Source: Candidatus Zixiibacteriota bacterium (lineage in GTDB: Bacteria; Zixibacteria; MSB-5A5; GN15; FEB-12). Taken from it: a stretch of 47,800 nucleotides of DNA. The notes under the pieces are model-generated. The model was not told the origin of the DNA. It searched no databases and was given only the letters and a program-made list of their open reading frames with translations. Of this stretch, positions 1 to 10,300 are shown one piece after another; the first letter of the stretch is position 1; each line of letters begins with the position of its first letter. The DNA lies in contig JADFPZ010000001.1 of NCBI GenBank assembly GCA_022562075.1, forward strand, positions 1 through 47,800, read 5' to 3'. Both the position numbers and the translations under genes were made by a program.

Positions 1-2
1 GA

Positions 3-485
3 GAGTTTCACTTTATCGCCACTCAAGCTGATGACGCTACTAAGACCATTAATCTTTATGTCGACGGAAATCTCGAAGACACGTTTACGGAAACCGCGAG
101 TAGTTTTGGAAGCTGGGCTTCTGCTAAAACGGGTGACGGAAAGCTGGGGAAGAGTGATACACAACTGCTTCCAGGACCATTGTTTTACAGCGGGATCGTT
201 GATGAACTCGAACTGTACGATCGCGTCCTCTCTACGGCTGAAATCCAGGCCATCTTCAACGCCGGCAGCGCAGGTAAGTGTAAAGCGTCTGGCGACACAA
301 CACCGCCGGAAGTGATCTGCGCCGTGGAAACCGATGCGCTCTGGCCGCCGAACCACAACCTCATCGATGTCGGACTCGATTTCATCGCCATTGACGATAC
401 CGATCCAGATCCTGTAATCGACGTGCTGGTGTTTGCCGATGAGGACGATGAGGAGCCGACAGAAAATCATAAGGACCAAGACTGA
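3..485 (+). CDS. LamG / concanavalin-A-like lectin domain surface protein, C-terminal fragment (5' end off-window)
   Basis: Frame 3 is open from nt 3 (EFHFIATQADDATKTINLYVDGNLEDTF...FYSGIVDELELYDRVLSTAEIQAIFNAGSAGKC). The DE(L)x(L)YDRxLSxxEIQxxF ending is the typical last strand of LamG/Laminin_G_3 domains. It is followed by LWPPNHNLIDV and an acidic DTDPDP stretch. Codons end in G/C, unlike the bulk of the window. The stop at 483-485 lies just past the compositional break at ~462, so the last ~7 codons may not be native. Confidence 0.6.
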   Translation, partial: EFHFIATQADDATKTINLYVDGNLEDTFTETASSFGSWASAKTGDGKLGKSDTQLLPGPLFYSGIVDELELYDRVLSTAEIQAIFNAGSAGKCKASGDTTPPEVICAVETDALWPPNHNLIDVGLDFIAIDDTDPDPVIDVLVFADEDDEEPTENHKDQD

Positions 486-723
486 AAGCTGTGCCAAAGT
501 TACCAAAGCACTCAAATGAGGCATCTATTACGCCGGTTTGCTGAACACCAAAAAACAGCGGCCAGTTGATTAGATGGGAGGGGATCGAGTCTGAAATGCT
601 CAGGGTAGATTGCTCAAATAATTGTACTTTGTCTAAATTCCTGAGGTCTTTGGCTGAGCTATCAGAGACAGCACTTAAACAGACCAGCAACGACAAAATC
701 AGAAAGTTATGTATGAGCTTCAT
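382..723 (-). CDS. Small secreted protein, probably 3'-truncated at ~462 (the ORF tail 382-461 is antisense read-through of the LamG fragment)
   Basis: Clean signal peptide MKLIHNFLILSLLVCLSAVSDSSA. About 85 plausible residues follow. The translation then turns into an Arg/Pro/His-rich tail (APHRPHRQTPARRLQDLDRYRQWR), typical of antisense reading of an acidic GC-rich CDS. Confidence 0.3.
   Translation of the reverse strand: MKLIHNFLILSLLVCLSAVSDSSAKDLRNLDKVQLFEQSTLSISDSIPSHLINWPLFFGVQQTGVIDASFECFGNFGTAFSLGPYDFLSAPHRPHRQTPARRLQDLDRYRQWR
455..470. other. Left compositional / reading-frame breakpoint (position approximate)
   Basis: G/C-ending codons upstream change to A/T-rich sequence downstream. 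The plus-strand LamG ORF and the convergent minus-strand ORF (start 723) both lose sensible protein sequence here. Confidence 0.5.
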
Positions 724-991
724 TTGTCCTCCCCAAGATTTAACGCCTTGTTAGGAATATAGAATATTTTCCATATTCCAAAACTCCTATTTGTCAAAGG
801 TTCTAAGAACACCTACCTAATAAGCCAAAATTGAGGGGAGGCTGCAAAAACAGTCATATATTAGCCTATTTTGTTCACCCAAGAGACGGCTGAAGGGCTA
901 TTCTGTTTAATAACAAGAGTAGTTTCTGCGCTTTAAATTCTACTTTCAATTGGTCTGCATATTGCATTGGGGGACAATGCCCTGTCTGCCC

Positions 992-1019
992 TTGACAATC
1001 AGGGCTAAAAGGATATATT
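992..1019 (+). promoter_or_regulatory. Candidate sigma70-type promoter upstream of the giant gene
   Basis: TTGACA (992-997), 16-nt spacer, TATATT (1014-1019). This is the only near-consensus pair seen in the 670-nt non-coding stretch and implies a ~370-nt leader. FCB-group promoters may follow other rules. Confidence 0.3.
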
Positions 1020-1394
1020 TTGGGTGTACAACAGGTAACAAGCGTACTACACAAGGCTTCTACCTTACATCACGTGATTCTTTTGATAGAAAAAGAGTTA
1101 AAGTACTGGCACCGGGCTGGCCGGATGAATAATCAAAGAGCGCAATTAGGCGCTGATCCGATAAGCAGGTTTGCTTAATATTTGGCCGCCTTAAGGATAA
1201 AGACTTAATAAACTTGAGTCAACCAATGTGGAGGAAAGAAAACGGCAAGAGGTGATTCCTTTGCCAGGGTCTCATTTGCAGGGCTGTGAAATTCTGCCTG
1301 CAGCTGTTTACCAATAGCAACTTACCTGAATCATAAAGATGAATTCCACTTTTCTAAATAATATAGAGACGAGCTTTACCAAAAAGGAAAGTAA

Positions 1395-4300
1395 GTGAGA
1401 GAGAATTTTGGCCAGAGTTTAATACTCAAGACCATCGTTTTTACAGTACTGCTGTCAGCAGTTTTTGCAAGTACCGGTGCTGCAACTACCTATATCTCTT
1501 GTGATACTACCGAGGTCACTAGTCATTTCACTCTTATTTTTGAGGGAGTGACCTATGATACGGTAGCAAGCACCTCCAAGTGGGATTATTCTTTGCGATG
1601 GGACGGGCAGCCGCCTGAGCTGAGCTACTTCTTCATAGAACTCTGCTCATTAATTACAGAACAGAATTTGGTTGCAGCTGAACCGAGCTTAGGCACTATT
1701 GGCAAAAATGGTAATTTAAAGCTGTGGGGCATAAAGTGGGATGACATTGAAAATTTTCCATCTGATACCTCATTCACGTTCAGCTTCACTTTGGATCAGC
1801 TGCTGGCCCTTGATCATACCCAATTTGCTCCCAAAGCAGGTGTTAATAAAAATATTGCTACAATATGCGGCCCTTCAGTTTTCTGTGAAGGACTTGATGA
1901 TCAATGTATCGGAAACATTCCACCCGCCGCATATTGCCCCCCAGATACCAGTATTTTTCTCTGTGAACTTCAGGAACTCTGTTTAACCGGATTCGGTGCG
2001 TCTGACCCGGATAATAACTTAGCCTCGATTGAAATTTCAGGCGGAGTATTGAACGGTGATACAGTCTGCTTTGTGCCTGTCGAAGGAGCTAACACTATTA
2101 CGTTGATTGCCACAGATAGCTGCGGCCAGGCTGATACTTGTACAACTATTGTAACTGTTTCTTTGGGTCAGCCGCCCTTTATTACAGCCAGTGCGCCGAC
2201 AGAAATCAAGCTATGTCAACCTGAAACTGTTTGCCTTAACTTTGCTGTTGGTGACCCGAATAATGATATTGACTCAATTTGGACAAGTTTTGGCCAGATC
2301 ATAGACAATGATAAAGTTTGTTTTCAAGCTGACAGTTCTGCTGTCTATCAGATAGTATTGTCAGTCATAGATTCCTGTGGACTCAGTGCAGTAGATAGTT
2401 TCGAAATTTTCATTAGTATTAACGAAGCGCCTGTAATAGTTGATATAGATACTACAGACAGCTATTTCTGCGAGGGGGCCAACCAAGTTTGCGTAAAACT
2501 AACAATCGACAATCCCAATGGCGGATTGACCGGCAGCAGCAATCTGGGCGTGTTTAATGCCTCAGACAGTACGGTTTGCTTTTATGTCGACAGCTCTGGT
2601 CGCTACTGCGATTATGTCATAATTACTAATAGCTGCGGGTTGTCAGACACTATTTCTTACTGTATTGATGTTGTCGTCAATTATCCCCCGGTAGCTGTTT
2701 GTCCTCCGAATGATACAATAACCGCCTGCGCACCCGGGCAAATTTGTCTGCCGGGATTTAATGCGACAGACCAGGATGGAAACATTGCCGAGGTAATAGT
2801 AATCGGTGGAACTCTTTCAGGGGATACTGTCTGCTTCGTACCAGTACAGGGGGACAATGTCATAACTTTGATAGTCACAGACAGCTGTGGACTTTCCGAC
2901 AGTTGCACAACGATTATAACGGTAATTAACAACGGCAGTCCGCTAGAAGTAATACAAGCCATGCCCGACACGACCATTTATCTCTGTCAGCCAAGTTATG
3001 TCTGTCTGCCGCTTGAATTTGGTTATGATAATATCAGTCTGCCAGACTCAAGCATTACAGTAAATATAGGTCAATATGAAAATGGCTTCGTCTGTTTCGT
3101 GCCCTATGACAGCGGCAATTATATGATTATTGCTACTGCTACAGATTCCTGCGGAAACATAGTTGCTGATACGGCCGTCGTAAGAATTCTGACCGACCAG
3201 TTTGTTGATCTGGCCTGCCCGCCAGACACGTTGATTTTCATCTGTCAGCCTGAAACACTCTGTTTCCCTCTGGGTAATATTCCAGAGTGGGCGGATATCC
3301 AGGTTAGCGGTATTGCTACCTGGTATGATGCAGAGAATAACCAGGTTTGTTTTTATGCTGAATGCGGAGTTCGCAACCGGATTATTGTAAAGGCAATCAC
3401 GCCCTGCGATACTATAAGCTGCGAGTTTACTGTTGATGTTGAATGTAACCAGCCGCCCTTGGTATTCTTGTCGGCTGATACATCGATTGCTATGTGCGTT
3501 GCCGACACTGTTGGTATTCCGATTGCAATAATCGATCCCAATGGCAATATCAACAGTATAGAGTTGCCCGATTTTGTTAGCTACGACGAATTTGCCGGCT
3601 TGATTTTATTTATGGCTGATACCAGCGGCCAATATGAAATTATCGTCACAGTAACCGATAGCTGTCAGGCCTCGAAGACTGACCGTATAATAGTAAGCAT
3701 AACAATTGATGAACCTCCAGTTTGCCAGCTTCCGTCCGATACCAGTTTCTTTATCTGTGGACCGGCCGAGATTTCATTACCGATTTCTGCTTACGACATC
3801 GACCAGTCAGATCCAGTTTGTACTGTTATAAGCGGCGCTGGTTCTGTGGTAGACGGATACTGGGTCTATCAAGCCGATTCCAATGCCATACTTGATGTTG
3901 TAATAGAGTGCCGTGACAATTGTGATAATGTTTGTATTGATAGTTTCAGAGTAGTAATTGATATCAACGAAGCACCTGTCTGCGATGTTCCGTCTGATAC
4001 TGTCTTTAACCTTTGTGAAATAACAGAAATTTGTCTGCCGATATTCGGTACTGATGCTGATGGCAATCTTTTGGATTGCGAAATTGTCTCCGGGCCTGGA
4101 AGTTTAGCAGGAGCAACCGGCAAGAATGCCATTGCTTCTCAACTATCTTCAAATACGACCAGTCTGTTGTGGTGTTACACTCCAAGCAATGATACGACTT
4201 TTGAAGTTGTCATCCGCTGCACCGACAGTTGCGGAGCATTTTGTGAAAGCAGTTTTAACGTCACTATCAACTTAAACCAAGCTCCTGAAGCATTCTGCCC

Positions 4301-7300
4301 TGCAGATACCTCAATGTTGCTGTGTGATCTATCCGAAATTTTCCTGACAGGCTTTACAGCTAATGATATGAATGGTGATGAACTTTTGCTCTCAGTAAAT
4401 GTTGGTTCACTATCAGGGGATACGTTGTTTTTTACCCCGGTCGTTGGTGAGAATCTTATCACATTTATTGCTACCGACTCATGCGGCATCTCTGATACTT
4501 GCCAGACGCTGGTGACGGTGGATACCAACAGCGCTCCGGTTTGCGATTTGATTGGCGATACGACAATTACCAGCTGCGTTACCGAGCAAATTTGTCTGCC
4601 CGTTGGTGGCTCAGATATTGACGGAAATCTCATCAGCTGCGAAATTATCAGCGGTCCTGGTGTAATCGAAAATGGATTCTGGTGCTACACGCCGCAAGCA
4701 AATGATACTGTTGATGTTACTTTCCGTTGTACCGATGAGTGCGGAGAGTTCTGCGAGTCGTCTTTCAGAGTAATAATTGATGCCGGTGTAGCGCCGATTA
4801 TCGCAGACCAGTTCTTCTCATTCAAATATTGCGCAGAATCTTTTAATAGAGAACTTAATATATTCGCTACCAATAATTTTGCTGACCCGACAATTTTTGA
4901 ACTTCTCTCAGGAACCGGTTCAATTGATTCTCTTTCAGGAATTATTACTTATCTGCCGGATACTCCCGGAGTATATAGTTTTATAGTAGCAGCATCGAAC
5001 AGTTGCGGCAGCGATACTGCTCTAATTAGCGATAGCGTAATCTTTAACCGTCCGCCCGAAATTATTGGTTTTGATACAACAATTTATCTTTGCCAGATTG
5101 AAGAATTTTGTTTTGATGTTTTCGCCTTTGACCCCGACAATGATTCGCTTGAGTTCATTCTCATCCAGGGTCCGGGTCAGTTTACTCAGCTGACAGACAA
5201 CTCCGGTGAGCAATGCTTTATGCCGGAGAAAATTGACTCTGCTACTTATTTGTTTGTCTATCAGGTTTCTGATTTGTGCCAGGACGGTTCGCTTGATTCT
5301 GCTGCAACCTATACTCAAACTGTTACAATAACGGTTATTCTCAATCAGGCACCGGAATTGGAAATTCCCCTTGACCTGGATTTCTTTGCTTGTATCGGAG
5401 ACACGGTCTGCTTTGTAGTGTCTGCTTCAGACAGCGACGGTGACCCGGTAACAGTTGAAATAATTTCTGGATCTGCTACTGTTACCAATGACAGTTTGGT
5501 TTGTATAGTGGCTGATACGAGCGGAGCTTATGACATTGGAATAAAAGGATCGGATTCTTGCGGCAACAGTTCCACTCATTTCTTGTCGATAAACATTATT
5601 GTTAATTCTGATCCCGTTGTCATTCTTGGTGATGATTTTGCAGTCGAAGGCTGTACCGAACAGGAAATCTGTTTTGGGTTTTCTGCGAATGACCCCGATA
5701 ATAATTTGGACGTAATCTTTTCTAATATTGGAGTAGTAATAGGACAGGATAGCCTTTGCTTTATAGCGGACGGTTCAGGGGTCTACGAAATAATCGTTAC
5801 GGCCGTTGACTCCTGTGGTGCAGTAGGTGTTGATACAATAAATGTTACAGTTACTCTAAATACGTCGCCATTAGTCAGTCTTGGACCGGACACGACCCGC
5901 GAGATATGTCCGGGAGATTCTGTTTGTCTGTTTGTCATAATAGAAGATGAAAATATTTCTTCAAGTGCCACAAACTTTGAATTGATTAATAACGTCGTCT
6001 GTTTCAGTGCAGATACAGCCGGCATCTATGAAGTTTGGGTTTATGTAATTGATTCCTGCGGAGCGGAAGCTGCTGATACTGTCTCAGTCACAATTACTTT
6101 TCCACCGGCACCTTTCGTGGAACTTGGTGAAGATTTTGCGGCTGCAATTTGCGAGCCGACCGAGTTTTGTATTGACCCTGATACTATAGCAAATTTCAAT
6201 TCGATAACAGTCAATTACGGACAGTTTGACCCGCTCACCAATCTATTCTGCGTCACTATTAGTAGCAGCATTTCGGATTACTTGATTGTAGAAATAACCG
6301 ACTCCTGTGGTCGCGTAGCCAGAGACAGCTTGTGGTTTGATATCATACTCAATGCTGCACCGGTTGTGGAAGTTTCCATGCCCGACACCGCAGTTTATCT
6401 CTGCGGTCCGGCATATATTTGCCTGCCGCTTTTATTCTCAGACTTTGAAGAGCAGTTTGCTGATAGTGATATTTCGGTCAATTACGGAAATTATTCTAAC
6501 GGCGAAATTTGTTTTGTGCCGTATGACAGCGGAACCTATACGATTATAGCTTCTGTTTCTGATTCCTGCGGTAAAATTGCTGCCGATACAGCTATAGTCA
6601 CAGTGCTTACAGACCAGTTTATTGACCTCAGCTGCCCGAACGATACTTCTATCTTCATTTGTCAGCCGGAAACTCTTTGTTTCCCTCTGGGAAACATTCC
6701 TGTCTGGGCTGACATAAGCGTTAGTGGAATCGCCACCTGGTATGACTCAGAAAATAATCAAGTCTGCTTCTATGCCGAATGCGGTGTTCGCAACCGGATA
6801 ATTGTCAGGGCTGTTACGCCTTGTGATACTATAATTTGTGAGTTTACTGTCAATGTTGATTGCAATCAATCACCGATAGTTCTTTTGCCCGGTGATACTA
6901 CTTTTGTGCTGTGTGGACCGGATTTAGTAAGTTTCCCGGTCGGAATCGGCGACCCTGATAACAATATCCTTTCAATCAATACTGATAGCTGGGCTACCTA
7001 TGAGCCGTTTAGCAGTCTGTTAAGCTTTGCAGCAGATACCGAAGGCGTCTATATCCTGCAGGTCTCGGCGACCGATTCATGCGGCGCCCAGGCTTCTGCT
7101 CAGATAAGTGTAACAGTATTTATAAATGAGTCACCGGAAATAAGTTTTGCTGTTTCGGATTCAGTCTACGTAATCTGTGTATTTGGCGAAATCTGCCTGC
7201 CGCTTGATATTTTTGACCGCGAAAACAACATCGTCAGCGTGATACCTTCGTTAGGTTATTATGATTCTGAAAATCAGCAGATTTGCTTTACGCCGACAGA

Positions 7301-10300
7301 TACGGTTGGTCTATATTGCATCGACGTAATAGCAACAGATTCCTGCGGTCTGGCTGACACAACGACTAAGTGCATAAGTATAGAAAATGATCAGGCTATT
7401 GGCCTTGACTGTCCGCTGGACACTCTTACTACCAGTTTATGTTTCCCCGGTGTAGTAAGCAGATTTATAGACATTTCCGGACAGCCTGATAGTATCATAA
7501 CGAGTCTTGGTTATTTTGATGAAAGCGAGATCTTTTTTACGGCAAACACCAGCGGATTCTATACAATTGATTTAAGCGTCTACTCTCCATGCAGTACCTT
7601 GACTTGCCAGCTGTACTTTGATGTTACAATTGTAGATTCAGTTTTCATTACCTGTCCGGCAGATGACTCTGTTACAATTTGCGGGCCGGATACACTTTGT
7701 TATCCGATAATAAAATCTAATTCGGTACAGTCTCTGAGCGTTACTGCTCCGGCCTTTATTTCCGGCGATTTAGTATGTTTGCCGGTGTCCGAAGCCGGAA
7801 CGTATAACTTGACCATTATTGGCGTTGGTGAATGCGGCGCAGATACTTGCGACTTCAGTATCAGAGTCGAAGCCAATTCACCTCCGGTCTTAGTCTCGGC
7901 GCCTGATACAACATATGAAGACTGTGAAATCCCGGAAATTTGCGTGCCGTTTACAGTAACAGATGCAGACAATAATATAGATAGTATCGTCGGGCCGGAC
8001 GGCATTTTGACCGGCAATGAATACTGCTTTACTCCGCCGGCTCAGGGTTTGTACAATCTTATTTTTACTGCCTACGATTCTTGCGGAGCAATAGGCTCTG
8101 ATACTACGGCTATAAGAGTTACGATAGCAGTAGCAAACATAACCTGTCCTTCAGGAACGCAGTCGCGTACAATCTGCAGCGGAGATTCTGCTACGATATC
8201 AGTACTAATTACTCCTTTTGATGCGATCGTAACAGTCTTCTTGAATGGAGAGCTTAACGGGCAATATAATCGCGATTTGGGGCTGGTTGTTGTTTTCCCG
8301 GAAGTATCAGGCGCACATGATGTGATGGTAGTTGCCGAAGCAACATGCAAAACTGACACCTGTTTATTCGTCCTTAATGCCACAGTCCTGGAGCCTCCTG
8401 TTCTTAGCTGTCCTACCCAGATTGACACCAGTATCTGTCTTAATGACGGAAATTTTATCTGCTTCCCGGTATCTGTTACAGGTTCGGGTGTCGAGCTTTC
8501 TGTAAGTGATAATGCAGTCCTCACAGATAGTACGGTATGCGTACCTGTCAGTCAGGATGGCACAATTCAAGTTATTACTTATGCCCAGGGCACGTGCGGA
8601 TTTGACAGCTGTGTTACAACAATCAATGTCGATGTAGATGAACCGCCCGTTTTGTCACTTCCGCAAGGTGTCGTTGTTGAACGTTGTGATTTCGAGACCG
8701 GGCAGATTTGCATTCCCGGAATTTTTGCAACAGATGATTCGCTTCTGAATATCACAAAAATCTGCGGCCCTGGTACCCTGGAACTTGTCAGATTAGACAG
8801 CGGTCAAGTCTGTTTTGAACCAGACGAAAATGTGTACGGTACTTATACTTTCTGCATTCAAGTCGATGACGGCTGTAACCAGGTGGTAGATTCATTTACA
8901 GTGGAAGTTGTGCCTGGCCCCGACTGCGATAGGTGTGTAATACTTGTAATTGATCCGGGTGAATGTATTCCAGTAGGAAGAACGCATGATGTTTTTATCA
9001 ATGTAGAGACAAATCGTGCAATCGGCGGTTTTGATCTGTTGATAGGTTATGATGCCACGGTGACGTCCTTTAGCAACGCGACCATAGAAGGGACAGAAAT
9101 AGAAAGCTGGGAGTTCTTTACCTATAGACTCAACTCATCAGCCTGCGGCATTGCCTGTCCTTCGGGAACAATTCGATTCACCGGCATTGCCGATATCAAC
9201 AACGGCGCGGCTCATCCGCCGGTCGAAGCGCTATCGCCTAACGGTAGATTTATAAAAATTACGTTCCAGGTTTCCAACAACCAGAACATTAGCGGATTGT
9301 TCCTGCCCATAAACTTTATCTGGTTCGACTGCGGCGATAATACTTTTGGTGACCCTTCGGGTAACGAACTGTTCATTGACAATAAAATTTATAATGGAGA
9401 AGGCATCTTAATCTGGGACGAAGAAGACAGCATAAGTTATCCTGAAAGCAGCAGACCACAGGGAATGGGTACGCCTGACTCCTGCATAGGACCAGAAGCC
9501 GAAGTAGCACCAAGAAGATGTGTTGAGTTCTTTAACGGAGGTATTTGTATACAGGATCAGGCCTCTTTTAACGACCGGGGTGATATAAACCTTAACTCCG
9601 TGCCTTATGAAGTTGCAGATGCGATTGTGTTCACCAACTACTTCATCTATGGGTTGGGTGTTTTCATTATCGATGTCTCCGCTCAGATTGCAGCAACAGA
9701 TATAAACGCCGATGGCATCCCGCTTTCGGTTGCTGATTTAGTCCTGCTCATTCGAATTATTCTTGGCGATGCCGACCCCATACCAAAACTAAATCCTCAT
9801 GATCAAGAGCTGCTGTTGCAGTTAGTTCGAAACCAAGATGGTGTGGTAATATCTTCTAATTCCTCCAATGGCATTGGCGGCGCCTATCTGGTCTTTAAAC
9901 TTAATTCATCAGAAACGAACGTAGTCCCGGAGCTGGCGACAGATGCCGAACATATGGATCTCCGCTACCACATAGCAGATGATGAACTTCGCATTCTGGT
10001 ATTCAGTATGAATGGTAATACTATTGAATCAGGCGATCGCCAGCTAATAAAACTGCCGGTCGTAAGCGGCCAGCAGCCGGAGCTTATAAAGAGCGAGTTT
10101 GCAGACGGAGATGGCAGGCCATATAAGTCAAGCTCTACTGAAATTGAACTGCCTACGGATTTTGAGCTATATCAGAATTATCCGAATCCGTTTAATCCAA
10201 GCACTAACATTAGTTTCTATCTGCCTGACCAGTCAGACTGGAAGATCAGCATATACAATGTAAACGGCAGTCTCGTAAGACAGATATCCGGCTCAAATGA

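Noticed and set aside
950-1132. 60-aa ORF in the region upstream of the giant gene.
   Set aside because: It has no RBS and an arbitrary composition, and it overlaps the best promoter candidate. It is probably non-coding.
1741-8570. Many 60-150-aa ORFs antisense to or out of frame within the giant gene (for example 4175-4633, 8072-8524, 7700-8017, 2681-2977).
   Set aside because: All are nested in a 9-kb ORF with clear domain structure. Their products are low-complexity Ser/Thr/Val-rich mirror translations with no motifs.
1915-8920. Strong ~260-nt periodicity that might be mistaken for a CRISPR array or satellite repeat.
   Set aside because: The periodicity lies entirely inside one open reading frame. 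The units are divergent at the DNA level and conserved at the protein level (Cys/DSCG scaffold). There are no short identical direct repeats with unique spacers.
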